Notes under the pieces: model-generated
Database searches by the model: none
What the model saw: only the letters and a program-made list of their open reading frames with translations
What the model was told of the DNA's origin: nothing
Position numbers and translations under genes: made by a program
Shown: one piece after another, positions 1-14,447 of the stretch
Layout of the letters: every line of letters starts with the position of its first letter
Position numbering within the stretch: position 1 is the first letter of the stretch
NCBI GenBank assembly: GCA_964016885.1
Contig: OZ024762.1
Coordinates: 27,218,001 to 27,282,000, forward strand
DNA length: 64,000 nt
DNA from: Eledone cirrhosa
Taxonomy: Eukaryota
Reading direction: 5' to 3'

Positions 1-279
1 ATATAGTTGGTGGTTAATTTTCAAAATATTTAATTTATGTTATTTCAGGGTAAAGAATCATATTTTAGGTTGTAAAATTAATAGGTATTTGTATTAATAT
101 TATAATATAGTTATGTTAAATTTCTAAAATTCAAATTTTATGAAAACAAATTTAAAGGATTTACTAAACACGAGAAAAGAAAATATATATATATAATGTT
201 TTATATCCTCACGAAGGTAATCTTTACCAAAATTACTTATAATATTGACAACAGTTTCTATTATGTCATGTATCATTTT

Positions 280-344
280 ATTTTATCTGATGAGGACGTA
301 CTGTTGAACTTAACTCAGTACCTCTGAAATATGTATAATAAAAT
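280..344 (+). ncRNA. Minimal type I hammerhead ribozyme motif (family shared with 29999-30061)
   Basis: ATTTTAT-CTGATGA-[GGacGTACTG..CAGTACctCT]-GAAA-TATGTA-TA-ATAAAAT. Stem I pairs, both core boxes are intact and loop 3 is near-palindromic. Confidence 0.75.
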
Positions 345-385
345 ATAATTGATCACAAGAATATCTATTTTGTTAATATTTTGAA

Positions 386-387
<2 letters not shown>

Positions 388-477
<90 letters not shown>

Positions 478-507
478 GAGGGAGAGAGAGAGAGAGGGAG
501 AGAGAGA
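388..507. repeat. (TA)n followed by (GA)n microsatellite
   Basis: Direct reading. Confidence 0.95.
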
Positions 508-635
508 AACATATAGACATAGATATATGGACATATATATAGACATATCTTGTTACATTTATAGACTTATATACATACATATAGATATAGTGACGAAACA
601 TAAGTAAATTGCATGAACTGATATTCCTTTATTTA

Positions 636-689
636 CTGCTATATATATTTCGATGATAGCCATTGAATGGCTATGACCTCATCAGGCAG
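636..689 (-). ncRNA. Minimal type I hammerhead ribozyme motif
   Basis: Minus strand: CTGC-CTGATGA-[GGTcATAGCC attcaat GGCTATcATC]-GAAA-TATATA-TA-GCAG. Perfect 4-bp stem I and long stem II. A 5'-truncated relative (3' half only) lies on + at about 54709-54745. Confidence 0.8.
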
Positions 690-841
690 GTAGTCATTTC
701 TTAGATATGCCAGCTCTGTGTTTATAGTGTTGATGGTATCAGAGCCTCGGAACATACTGAAGTACTGGATTTTACCAACACTTACTTTCTTGCTTACATA
801 TAGATATATATATACACAAACACACACGCACATATATATTT

Positions 842-879
<38 letters not shown>

Positions 880-947
880 AGAGGGAGAGAGAGGGAGATT
901 TTGCATTTTGTAATAGATTATGAAGATTATGATTTTTGGTGATTATG

Positions 948-1840
948 ATGGTGATAGTGGTGGTGGTGGAGGTGGTAGTGATGATGGTGGTGGTGGTGGT
1001 GATGATGGTGGTGGTGGTGGTGATGATGGTGGTGGTGGTGGTGATGATGGTGGTGGTGGGGGTGATGATGGTGGTGGTGGTGGCGGCGGGAGTGGTTGTG
1101 GTGGTGGTGATGGTGGTGGTGATGATGGTGGTGGTGGTGGTTGTGGTGGTGGTGGTGGTGGTGGTGGTGGTGGTGGTTGTGTTGATGATGGTGGTGGTGG
1201 TGGTGGTGGTGGTGGTGATGGTGATGGTGGTGGTGGTGGTGATGGTGGTGGTGGTGGTGGTAATGATGGTGGTGGTGGTGGTTGTGGTGGTGGTGGTGGT
1301 GGTGGTGGTGGTTGTGTTGATGATGGTGGTGGTGGTGGTGGTGGTGATGGTGATGGTGGTGGTGGTGGTGATGGTGGTGGTGGTGGTGGTAATGATGGTG
1401 GTGGTGGTGGTTGTGGTGGTGGTGGTGGTGGTGGTGGTTGTGTTGATGATGGTGGTGGTGGTGGTGGTGGTGGTGGTGATGGTGATGGTGGTGGTGGTGG
1501 TGGTTGTGGTGGTGGTGGTGGTAATGATGGTGGTGGTGGTGGTTGTGGTGGTGGTGGTGGTGGTGGTGGTGGTTGTGTTGATGATGGTGGTGGTGGTGGT
1601 GGTGGTGATGGTGATGGTGGTGGTGGTGGTGATGGTGGTGGTGGTGGTGGTAATGATGGTGGTGGTGGTGGTTGTGGTGGTGGTGGTGGTGGTGGTGGTT
1701 GTGTTGATGATGGTGGTGGTGGTGGTGGTGGTGGTGGTGATGGTGATGGTGGTGGTGGTGGTGGTTGTGGTGGTGGTGGTGCTATTCATGATGATGGTGA
1801 TGATGGGGATTTTGGTGGTTGCGATGGTGATGGTCATTGA
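948..1840. repeat. (GGT)n trinucleotide array with higher-order GAT/TGT variant pattern
   Basis: GGT array in which the TGTGTTGATGAT marker recurs about every 126-135 bp. The poly-G/V/T ORFs are artefacts. Confidence 0.9.
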
Positions 1841-2445
1841 TGATTGATCCTGCTTAACGGCTCATTAATGATTGATCGTGGATTGACGATGATGATAACA
1901 ATGACGACGGCGGCGGCGATGATGATGGTGGTGACGAGGAGGAGGAGTTAGAAGAACATCGGGAATTGGGGAGGAGGGGGTAGGGGGAATGTGGGATTGG
2001 TATGAGGAGGGGGGGGGGCACGAAAAAGAGGGGGAGGAAGGAAGGAGGAAGCTGAGTGGGGAGGGTATGAAGAGGTGGAGGGGAACGATAATTGGGGGAG
2101 TGGTATGAGGATGAGGGGGAGGAGGTGAAGTCTAAAAAGAGAACAGAGGGACGAAGGAGAATATACAAAAAAAAAGAAGGAACATGGTGGCAGAGAAGTT
2201 GAAAGAAAATAAAAGGAAGTTCGAATTGAATCATAAACGGAAAGAATGAAAGAAAAATGAAGGAATAAAAGAAAGAAATACATAAAAAGGGGGCTTACAA
2301 AGAACGAAAGAAGGAAAATTAAAAGAATCCCCCAAAAATGAAATAGAAATAAAAAATATTTGACAATCCCCCCCCCCCAAGTGTTATTGTTACATGAAGG
2401 AATTCTCTCACAAAAATTGAAATATTTTCTACAATAACTCCCCCT

Positions 2446-2812
<367 letters not shown>

Positions 2813-3541
2813 GATACGCACTTCAAAAAATATTTTATCTGAAATCATAAAATAAATTTTTTTTCACACAAAAAAAAATGTTTCGACTCTGAAATTAATA
2901 TTTTTATTTCTTTTTATTCTTTTAAATAAAAAAAAAAATAAAACGAAGTACACAATACATGGAAAATGTTTCATTAATGAGAGGATATGGTGCATAGCAT
3001 CATTTGATCCCAGATATAAATGTTTACAATGCCAATATTAGCCATAATTTCATAATGAACTATCCGATATCAAATTGTTGCCAAATTGGTGCCCTCCTAC
3101 CTATTTTTTATGGAAATATTCTTCGATTATTTTCAATATGATCTGAATTAGATATAATCAATGTGGCAGGTTAAAGATGAATTAAAAAATATATATATAA
3201 ATATATATAATAAAAATAAAAATATATAAATATATATATACATATATAATAATAATAAAAAACATACAAGATTTTGAAAGAGTGGATATTTATTTAGCCT
3301 CAGATTGGTCGACTCCGGTTGAACAGATATATGATCAAAGGTGCTCCAGCTTTGAGAATCCCGTCTTTGTTTTGTCAGCTATCTCCTATCTCAATCAGTG
3401 ATTGAACATAAGGCCTTTGGTTCCCCGGGGAGGAATTGGAAAGGGTTATTAGTTAGTAGAAGTGGTTGTATTGAAACTGGGAAAAGAATACTGCAGCGTT
3501 CTTTTTACATCTACAGAGTGTTTCAAAAGGTCCGATACACC

Positions 3542-3649
<108 letters not shown>

Positions 3650-3956
3650 TACGATAACTCTGTGATTGCTTGCTTGTCTGTAATGTAATACAGTCAAAAC
3701 GGTGCATAATGAGAAAATACTTTGAAAAGAAGTTGACCCTGAAATGAGAATACAAATGGATTAAAACAAGTTTCGCGTAAATCGGACCACGGGTTCCCAA
3801 GATATGGCGTTTTCTGCGTACCTTCGTAAACAGAGAGAGAGAGAAGGACAGAGAGGTACGGATAGTGGTTGTGAGAGAGTAGATTGAAAGAGAGACATAG
3901 AGTGAGGGAGAGGAGACAGAGAAGGAGAATGGAAGAGCGCTGGTGGTGTTGTTGTG

Positions 3957-3987
<31 letters not shown>

Positions 3988-4107
3988 CTATGACCAGCGT
4001 ATATAGATCACAGACACCTACATATATATACACACATACACATGTGTGTGTGTGCATATATGTCTGTGTGCATATATATATATATACATATATATATGCA
4101 CACACAC

Positions 4108-4166
<59 letters not shown>

Positions 4167-4697
4167 CACGTATAGATATGGGCCTTCCAGTTTCATTTCA
4201 CATTATATACATATCTGTATGTTTTAATTATTCAAAAATTATTTTTAAAGTGAACATGATTTTAAAAATTATATTGAAGTGAATGTGACACTACGGGTGA
4301 CGGGTGGTCTCGTATATATATAAATTTTATAATTTGCTTGAAGGATTGTTTATAATATATAACGTTGAAATAGGAGGCTGAACTAATTAAAAGTCCCTTC
4401 ATCAGGGTTTAAGGAACCTTCAGTGGAGAACGTGCCAATTTCCTCTTTTAGGTCCCGAAATATTGGACAGATGAAAGAACAACAACAAGAAAACAAAACA
4501 AAGATCAACAGGTAACTTTTACTTTTCATTACCTCATCTTACCATTTTGCATTATTCAGCCTTCTATCACTTTTGACGTTATATACATATATACACACAC
4601 TCGAATTTAGTGTGTTTTATTCTGATCTGGTTTTTTTTTTTGCTTGTTTCCATAAAGTTTACCATCATTCCGTTGGTATAGATCTATGACGCAATTT

Positions 4698-4755
4698 ACA
4701 CCTGAAGATGTCACCAGGTTCTTACGCAATCTGGCCACTGAAATATGCATAGTGT
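4698..4755 (+). ncRNA. Minimal type I hammerhead ribozyme motif
   Basis: ACAC-CTGAAGA-[T GTca CCAGGTT cttacgc AATCTGG ccAC T]-GAAA-TATGCA-TA-GTGT. Perfect stem I and intact core. Confidence 0.75.
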
Positions 4756-5128
4756 TTCCAGAAATAAATAATTCAGGAAATTCAATATTTTTGACCTCCT
4801 GTAATTTCACCATATAATATATCGCCGAAACATCAAAGATCCGTAGTAAACAGCTGACGAAGGGAAACTTTCCTTCTCTTGTTTACCTCCCGACTACCTT
4901 CTAACACTTCGTTTTCAGTAACCACACAGCCTCACCTCTTTACCTATATATATATATAGAGAGATATAAATAAATATACACGGGTTTGTATGATTGTGTA
5001 TAGAAGATTATATTAATAAAAGGAATTCCAACTTTGTCTGATTTACTCGTTTTATTTACAATCCTTTACAATTTATAATGGTATTAGAATGAAATAGTAT
5101 GGTAGAATATTAAATGTTAAGTGTTAAT

Positions 5129-5167
5129 TGAACAAGTACTTTCATGCTTTTGCAATCTTCATGTTCA
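5129..5167 (-). ncRNA. Minimal hammerhead motif (C3A variant) in the 3' pseudo-LTR region of the adjacent PLE
   Basis: Minus strand: TGAAC-aTGAAGA-[T TGC AAAA GCA T]-GAAA-GTAC-TT-GTTCA. Palindromic loop 3; same strand as the PLE ORF and about 375 bp downstream of it. Confidence 0.65.
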
Positions 5168-5541
5168 TATTCTGTGGTGACAGTCAAGTTTGCAATTTTC
5201 AACTGTAATGAGATGGGTAAATGCTGTGCCTTATATACAGTGAAAAGTGGCTACAGAATGCTAGATTCTGAAAACTGTATTTCGACCAATCGGTGTGTAG
5301 TTTCACTGGATTACCAAAGCTGATTGGTTTAGGCGTCACGGTTGGTTGAGCATGTCTAACGACTACTATTTGATCCTATCCAAAGCATCAATTGTTTTGT
5401 TATTTTTAGAAATGATGAAAATAGCATTTTCTAGTAATCATCACCATCAACATCACTTTTATTATTATTATTGTTGCTGTTGTTAGTGTTAGTAGTCGAC
5501 ATGATCGTAGTCATAGTGATAGTAGGAGTAATACCCCATTA

Positions 5542-6126
5542 TTATTGCTCATTTAGCTTAGGTTGGAATTTATCAATAAAATTCTTTTCTTTGATTTTTC
5601 TCTTGATTTCACTTGGGCTGTGTAGTTTGTAGAATGGAAATATTATAAATATTCTCTGACCACATGTTGCTAGATGGTTACTTAGGGGTATCTGACGGAC
5701 ATTTGGGTCTCTGATTTGCTGTCTGTGCACCCGTGCACGTTCCGATAGTGCATTTCCAGTTTGACCGACATATAGTTCTTCACAATTCGGGCATTTGATG
5801 CAGTAAATTAGATTTCTGCTTTTGCAGTTCATATTTGCATTTTTGAATATTGTTCCAGTTTTTGTGTCCATAGATTGACCATTGTGTATGGATTGACATG
5901 TGCCACATCGACTATCATTGCATTTAGATACAGTGAATGATTGGTCTTTGTTGTTAAGGTCAAACTTTGCTTTTGTTAGTAATTGCTTCAAATATTTCGG
6001 CTGTCTTTTACTAAGAGTCAAAGATCGATCTGTGATTAAGCCTTTTAATTCATTACTTTGAGCAATGATCGGTAGGTTTGCATTGGCAGTGTTGAAGATA
6101 TTCTGGTGACATGGGTTGTGTGTCAT
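5542..6126 (-). pseudogene. PLE GIY-YIG endonuclease domain with Zn-finger linker
   Basis: KCNDSRCGTC ... NLIYCIKCPNCEELYVGQTGNALSERARVHRQQI ... SNH ... EKNFIDKFQPKLN. Confidence 0.9.
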
Positions 6127-8371
6127 TATAAATGGTATGACCAGTTCTTGGTTTCTTCTTCCTTGGGTCGTCCTAAGTTGTTGTATAGGTATTTTTTATA
6201 GCCCGCTGTATGCCATTTTCTATAAGTAGAGATGGATATTTTTGTTTGAGCAAAAATTCTCTCAATTCTGTTATCGTTTGTTCCTGGTATTCGTATCTTC
6301 TACAATGGTACAAATTCTTCTGGCTAGGCAGTATGGGATGTTGCGTTTTGTATGAGGTGGATGGCACGACTTCAAATTCAGATATTGATGGGTGTCTGTG
6401 TGTTTATAATATATATCCGTGGTAATGGTGGTGTCGTTTTTGATTATCTAGGAATGGTAATTTGGTACTACTCATCTCTTTTGTGAATTGGAGAGATGGG
6501 TGTAGGTTATTCAGGAGGATATTGAACTCATCCAGAGTATCTAGAGATTCAGTCCAGATGATGAAACAGTCGTCAAGGTATCTCTACCAAGATTTTTCAA
6601 TGTACTTTCTAAAGTCAGTACTATATTTTTCCTCTATTTCTTGGTAGAGTTGTTGTTCTAAGTATCCCATTACAGAGTTCGCGTAAACGGAAGCAAACTT
6701 CGTTCCCATCGCAGTGCCTCTAATTTGGATGTAATTCTTTCCATTGAAGAAGAAAGTGTTGTTTTCCAGAATAAGTTTGACTGCGTCTAATATAAATGGC
6801 GCTGTGAATCTGGTGGGAATCACTTCTCTATGTTTTTTCACCCAGTATTTAACTGCCCTTATTCCTAAATCATGTGTAATGTTGGTGTAAAGGCTTACCA
6901 CATTAAAACTAAGTAGAAGTGAATTCGTTTCCGTGGTTTTGGGAAGATAGGACAGGAAGTCGATATCATCCTGGATGAAACTGGGTATGTGAATACATAG
7001 TGGTTTCAAAATAATGTCAACAAAATTGCTTAGACGGTGGGTAGGGCATGTTGGACCAGCTATAATAGGTCTAAGTTTTAAGTCTTTTGGGTGTAGTAAT
7101 TTAATGTACTCACTGTTTTGTTCTTTTACTGCCAGTTGTATTTCTTTTGATTTATGAACTTTCGGTAGGCCATACAGGTTGCTGGGTTTTGGTTCAAAAT
7201 TGGTGATTTAGTCTCTTTCCTTATCAGTAAGTGAGTTGTGCTATTTTGAAGCCAGATGTTCTTCATGATGTTGTGGTCTATATTTGACGGTATTTCATGA
7301 TAGAATGTTGTGTCTTTCAGTTGTTCCTCAACCACATCTTTGTAGTATTCAGCATCCATTATAACAACTGCACCCCCTTTATCTGCTTGTTTAATTATTA
7401 TTGTTTTATCATTTTGTATACGTTTAAGTGCAGACACTTCTGATTTGTTAATGTTTGGCCTAACCTTAGTATTATGTCTAAGAGGAAATTTAGACAGGAT
7501 ATCAATGTATTGGTCGAGATAGATATTTATTCCTTTTGGCGGAGTGAAATTTGATTCATTCTTTACTAGTGATTCATCACTCTCATTACTTTTATCAGCG
7601 AATAATTCTATAAGACGTAATTTTCGACAGAATTCTTGGGTATCCTCCTTCAGTTCTTGGTGGTTGACTGTTGGAGTCGGTGTGAATTTCAGTCCTTTTG
7701 ACAGAATTTGCATTTCATCATTGTCAAGATCTCTTTTGGATAAGTTAATTATTTTAAATCTACGTGTACAGTTGTTTTGGGTATGTTTCCTCCTGGAGTT
7801 TTTATTTTTCCGGTTTTTGTTGTCCTGGCGTTAAAAAATGGATTTTTCTCTGGTCAGGATTTATATTCCTGTTGGTGTTTGCTTGATGAACTTTTGGTCG
7901 TGATATTATACTTAGTTCCGTTATGTTTTTTGTCCTATTTTTGGTATTATGTATATTATTTTTCCATTTCTTGTTAGCATTATTTTTAACAATCTGTGGA
8001 AATGACCTAGGTTTGCTTTCAGGTTTAGATCGTTTTTTCGCCCAGTTTCTTGTGGGTAATCTCTGTTGATATATTGAGAGTGATCTGGTTATTCTACGGT
8101 TTTTTTCCCCGTTCCTTTTGGGTAGTCTCTGTTGAGATCCTGAGAATGATCTCCTGGTTTTTCTACTTCTCATGGTCTGGTCAAAGGAATATCTATCGTG
8201 TTTGTGCTTTTTGTTCATGTTGAGTGCGTAAGGGTGTTTTTGTAGAAAAAGCGAAGAGTTCTTACCGTAGTTCTTCTTTGATTCAAGGTAAGGTGAGTGT
8301 TTGTGTTGCGTATGTTGTGTTGGTGAGATTGTCCACTTTTAATGCTTTTACTCATATATATATATATATAT

Positions 8372-9210
8372 AGGATGGAAGGGTTCGGTTTTATCCTCAA
8401 TACCCAGTGTAATCATGACGCCATTGGGCTCCGTATTAATTAAATCCAGCTTGGCCCGCGTAGTTTTTCTATAGCTTTTTCTAAGTTCTCTGGTTATCAA
8501 ATCATCAAAAGTTACTCTATCCATATCGTACAGGTTGCTAGTCTTGTCTGCGTGCACCAAAATGCCGGTCGAGTTCTTCAATTTTACTAGATCACCATTC
8601 AGTCGTCTCAGGTAACTATTTCTCCTAAACTTAAGGTTGGACACTATGTTAGACATTTCAGTCTCGAATCCCTCCAAGTATCTATTGTGTGGTGGATTCC
8701 TTCTGGCCTTCAATATTCCCTCGACGCCGCGCGTTCCCTCCCTGAGGTGGTTTGTTGGTGTTCCTCTGTCGAAGTGGAAGGCCTTCCAACGCATTCTACG
8801 GATAAATGAATCCGATTTACCTATGGCCAACCTAGTGAATTGTTTTATGTCGGGCAAAGGGATGTCCTTAAGTGAAGAGTTCACCGAGAATTTCTCCATC
8901 ATATTCCTTGCTAAACAGCATTAAGTGCTCAACAAAAATAGGAGCTTTAAGTTGTTATATAGTAAGGTGCATTATTGGTTGTGTAAAATGGTCCAATAAC
9001 TTTATGTTAGCAATATTAAGTTCCCCACGCTTTTGTATATCTCCAATTCCATTCGAGGGAACAGCTAGATGATGTAAAACGGAGTATAAGTATCAAAATG
9101 AAAATCCGAAGGCAAGGTAAAATTCCAATCATTTAATCAAGACACATGTTTCAATAAGAGATAGATCGATTGTGAAGCCATGATCGATTATCACTGATCT
9201 CATCAGGTGA
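8372..9210 (-). mobile_element. 5' fragment of a second PLE family (Hydra-like N-terminus) with upstream hammerhead
   Basis: ORF 8348-8902 has SLKDIPLP..FIRRMRWKAFHF and ADKTSNLY (variant of the PLE DKG motif) and is truncated at (TA)n. The clade assignment is from memory of motifs. Confidence 0.7.
9137..9210 (-). ncRNA. Hammerhead motif with long stem II
   Basis: Minus strand: TCAC-CTGATGA-[GATcAGtGATAATCGAT..ATCGATcTATCtCTtATT]-GAAA-CATGTG-TC-TTGA. GUC cleavage triplet; one stem I mismatch. Confidence 0.6.
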
Positions 9211-9678
9211 AAATGAATTGTCTTCGAATTCTTGATATGAGGGAGAAAAAAACGATGTTTCCTCACATAATTCATTCCCTCATATGGAGACACACCAGTC
9301 AGTCTGAGACAAGGCGACTGCTATTAGCTTTAGTTGAGGTCATAAAAGTTTTCAGACTTCTATCGCTGCAAAAGACGCTGGACCTCAAACAAATCCGTAG
9401 GGATACAGTCAGTCACAGTTAGAAGTGAGTGGGTACACACACACCACACACCCGCATACATCGGCTCGAGGTCAAAGAAAAAGAAAAATTAAAATAAATA
9501 CATATATATACACACACATCAACACAGTATTAAACCCGCAGAAGTAGCGTGGGTGGGTACACACACACCCCAACACACACCGAAGCGATATCCGAGAAAA
9601 AGCACATATAAGAATGTACCAACACAGCAATCACCGAAAAGTTAGTTCGCAAAGCAACAGAAGTTATGTCGGTCAAAT

Positions 9679-10012
9679 CTCAATTTGACGATGTAAATCG
9701 GAAATATTGGGTTAACCAACGCTACACACACATACACACACACACGTGCGTGCGCGCTAGTAAGTTCAGTTCAGTGTTCTGCTGTACGTATATAGATCCA
9801 ATTGTAACATCCATATCTTCAAGTGTGTGTTATGGTAAATTGTATATACACATCCGAATCGTCCAAAAAATGGGGGGGGGAAGTCCGTGTATATACACAT
9901 CCATGGGAAGAGCTCAATTTGACGATGTAAATTGGGAATATTGGGTTAACCAACGCTACACACATACACACACGCGCGCGTGCGCGCAAGTAAGTTCAGT
10001 TCAATGTTCTGT
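9679..10012 (+). repeat. Direct duplication of about 100 bp (9679-9781 / 9912-10012)
   Basis: CTCAATTTGACGATGTAAAT..GGTTAACCAACGCTACAC..AGTAAGTTCAGTTCA occurs twice. Confidence 0.8.
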
Positions 10013-10015
10013 AGT

Positions 10016-10322
10016 TAATTTATTTGGCAATCAATGTTTATCATTGGTCGACCAGCGGTTAAAAGTACAGATATAAATATATAGTCTATCAAAGTTCTTT
10101 CGTCGCTCATCTGCAACATCATTAAATAAATAAAAATTAAATTTAAATAATAAATTAAATAAAAATGGCGTAGACATTACGATACGATGGGAGGAAACAT
10201 AATAGTACCACTGAGATGTTGCAGATGTGCGACGAAAGAACTTTGATAGACTATATATATATATATATTTATATCTGAACCACTGGTCAACCAATGATAA
10301 ACATTGATTGCCAAATAAATTA
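10016..10322. repeat. Inverted repeat (arms about 105 bp) carrying a decayed hammerhead at 10206-10248
   Basis: Arms 10016-10120 and 10214-10322 are reverse complements. Motif: TACCA-CTGA(-)GA-T-GTTGC..GCGAC-GAAA-GAAC-TT-TGATA. Confidence 0.75.
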
Positions 10323-10478
10323 TCTATGGAGATATAATAGATACAGAAGCGAAAACCAACCCAAATCAAACAGTGAGTGTATTCTGTTATTATTTCTGGC
10401 AATATTATAACAATATGATCCTCCCCAAGTATAACAATATCTATCTATCTATCTATCTATCTATCTCTCTCTCTCCCC

Positions 10479-10534
<56 letters not shown>

Positions 10535-10802
10535 GAAGTATGTATTTCTAGGGGTACTTAGTACCCTTGGACATATTAACTTCATTTATTATTATACTCC
10601 GTTATGTAGAGAACAAATCCGTTGTTCTATTTAGCTGCTATTTTTTTAGTAGTAATATAGATAACACGTCTATGGTTTCCAGCTTTTACTTCAGACCGGT
10701 TCACATACGGGTCACTTTTACGACCTTATCAGACCCGTGTTAGCTGGCAGTAGGCGATATATTTTATCGTTCCTGGGTCTTTATGCCTAGGAAAGGAAAA
10801 TG

Positions 10803-10880
10803 CTTCTCTGATGAACTTTGGTTTTCCATTAGATATCCATTGGATTTCTGGTGTTTTACAAAGCGAAACTGATCAGTAAG
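10803..10880 (+). ncRNA. Decayed hammerhead motif with long stem II insert
   Basis: CTTCT-CTGATGA-aCTTTG...CAAAGc-GAAA-CTGA-TC-AGTAAG. Confidence 0.5.
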
Positions 10881-10963
10881 GGCCATTAGAAGAGGTAAAT
10901 ATTTATATTATATTTTTTAATTTATTTTAAAAAATTGGTTAAATTTTGCTTGTTCTGCTTATC

Positions 10964-10997
<34 letters not shown>

Positions 10998-11000
10998 CGT

Positions 11001-11050
<50 letters not shown>

Positions 11051-11649
11051 GGAGGTGTATGTATATATATGTGTTATTATGTCGATACAATCTGCTCTCA
11101 TATACTCATAAATTGCTGATCTTTTGCTTAAATTAGAAATCGTAATTTACTGTAGCCTGTCACTTGGTTAACCTTTTGTCGTTTATTTAAGTCTGAAATT
11201 ACCTCGCTCGGTTTTGTTCCCAGAAGACTAGCTTCGAATTGTTTTCAAACCACACGAATTTAACGAACCGAGCGATTCGTCTAATGAGTCTGGCCATTGT
11301 CCTCATTAAGCAAAATCTTAGCGCGTTGCTTGCTTGAAAATTGTTAAAAGCGTCTAACATATTTGCCATATATGCTATGTGTTGTGGAGAAGCACGCTTT
11401 CTTGATCAACTGGGAACATACGTACGGCAATTATCTAGAACATCATGAAAGTTTTCTGTTTCCGGAGCTTGATATTGTTAATGTTGAAAATCAGAATGTA
11501 AGTTTTGTTATTAAACTAACTTACCTTTCAGATATCATTTGATCACGTCTACAAGGTACGAGGTTTCCTCAGTGACCTCATAAGGAGAGAATATGTTCCC
11601 CAGTCTGTTAACAGATTGCGGGTCTAATGAGCTTGTTCACACGTATGTA

Positions 11650-11726
<77 letters not shown>

Positions 11727-11812
11727 GAATGTATGTATGTAAGTATGTACGCATGTATATATATATATATATGTGTGTGTATATGTATATATATATAACG
11801 TGTGTGTATATG

Positions 11813-11843
<31 letters not shown>

Positions 11844-11888
11844 CTATTTATGTATGTGTATGTAGAATGCTTGTATATTGAATATATA

Positions 11889-12050
11889 GGCGACGAATTG
11901 GCAGAGTCGTTAGAGCGTCAGATAGAATGCTTTATGGTGTTCGTTCCAACTCGCTGCTCTCGGAGTTCAAATCCCACCGAGGGCAATTTTTCCTCTCATC
12001 ATTTTGAGGTTGATAAAAAAGTACCAGTCTAGTACTGGGGTCGATTCTTC
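11889..12050 (+). mobile_element. tRNA-derived CORE-type SINE
   Basis: GGCGACGAATTGGCAGAGTCGTTAGAGCG (A-box-like), GAGTTCAAATCCC (B box), then GAGG..TTTCCTCTCATC..GAGGTTGATAAAAAAGTACCAGT core. Confidence 0.75.
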
Positions 12051-12944
12051 ATCTATATCTCTTTCAGATTTCCTCTCTTTCACGCCCCCCCCCACTCTCT
12101 CTCTCTCTCTCTCTCTCTCAAGGAAACTGGCTAGTAAGACCTGAAGAGGGAAGAGCTCCACCAGGTTCAAAATGTACCAGTCAAGTACTGGGGTCGATTC
12201 CTCTTCTATATCTCTTTCTCATTTCCTTTCTATCTTTCTCTGGGAGAAACCTGCTGTACTCAGGTCTGGAGAGAGATCGGCTCCGCCAGGTTTAAAATGC
12301 CCAAGAAACGGTGTATGTCAATACGACACACCTACGACTCTATCAGAAGTTATGGGACCATACAAACACATTTCTTGTCTAATGAGCTTGTTCACACCTC
12401 TGTATGGATGGATGCATATATACATACATATAAGTATGGATGCATATATACATACATAAAAGATGGATGCATATATACATACATACATATAAATATGGAA
12501 AACCATGTGCATTAAACAGTCTTTTTAAATATTTTGAAGTGAAGCATACCAATTGTTAAGGGTACTTACTGAAGAGAAGCTGAACGGGGTATTCTTTCAC
12601 TTTTTCATCTCGAAACTTATTTGGATTTTGAAGTTTAAACTTATCTACCGAACAGGTTTGATTTTTAAATTTAAATTTGTCTAAGTACCACGGCCATTTG
12701 CCAATATCGTTTGTTTTTATTGATTTATTATTTTAAATCGAGACAGACAAACTGTATTATTATAATTAGTATTTTTCAATCTAGCTAACTTAGTCTTTTA
12801 CAATACAAACACTTATATGTTGGTATTTGTGTTTATCATATATGTTAATTTATATTAACTTGTATTACACGGCTCAGAAATACTTCTTTCTTTGAGGTAT
12901 TTCATTGTAAAGGACTGCTTGAGTTTAGAACTCGTTATTCTTAG

Positions 12945-13446
<502 letters not shown>

Positions 13447-13502
13447 AATGTAAGTATGTATGTACACGTACATACATATATGTATACAGACGTACAGTAG
13501 CA

Positions 13503-13542
<40 letters not shown>

Positions 13543-13971
13543 CAGGTACACATACATATATGCGCGTATCAGTTTAGCGGACGCTTATTATAACACCGCT
13601 TTGTTCGTTTGTAAACAAACTGAACAGCCTGAATTTATGCCGTACGGTGTTAAGGCAACCACGTCACCTTTTTGTTCAACACTGACACAGGAACGATGTA
13701 CTAGTTTCAAGCTTGTTAGCTATCATCAGCACCGTATACCCTTCTGCCAGATAGTTGAACGTTCGAAAGTATATACTTTCCTTATGAAAATTAACGGCTG
13801 AGCAGCCTAATTTGCATATCGAGTGAGTTAAGTCGGTTAGGTATACCGAAAACGATAAGTTGAAATAAAATGAAAACGAAATTTCATTTCTCACTCTTAG
13901 TACGGCACTTACTTAAATGTAAGTATGTATGTATACGTACATACATATATGTATACAGACGTACAGTAGCA

Positions 13972-14059
<88 letters not shown>

Positions 14060-14383
14060 CAGGTACACATACATATATGCACGTATCAGTTTAGCGGACG
14101 CTTATTATAACGCGGCTTTGTTCGTTTGTAAACAAACTGAACAGCCTGAATTTATGCCGTACGGTGTTATGGCAACCACGTCACCTTTTTGTTCAACACT
14201 GACACAGGAACGACGTACTAGTTTCAAGCTTGTTAGCTATCATCAGCACCGTATTCCCTTCTGCCAGATAGTTGAACGTTCGAAAGTATATATATACTTT
14301 CCATATGAAAATTAACGGCTGAGCAGCCTAATTTGCATATCGAGTGAGTTAAACTGATACGTGCATATATGTATGTGTACCTG

Positions 14384-14444
<61 letters not shown>

Positions 14445-14447
<3 letters not shown>

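Larger units (their letters stand above)
5100..8353 (-). mobile_element. Penelope-like retroelement (Neptune-like; RT plus C-terminal GIY-YIG endonuclease), frameshifted
   Basis: ORF pieces give LSKGLKFTPTP, ADKGGAVVIM, RPIIAGPTCPTHRLS, RGTAMGTKFA and W*RYLDDCF (YLDD catalytic motif after a premature stop). They are followed by a CxxxxCxxC linker and an LIY..CxxC..YVGQT..H..H endonuclease. The 5' end abuts a (TA)n tract. Confidence 0.92.

Noticed and set aside
5542-8353. Possible selenoprotein-encoding (Naiad-type) PLE
   Set aside because: The endonuclease is C-terminal, the conserved Cys residues have normal codons, and the in-frame stop before RYLDD is TAG, not TGA.
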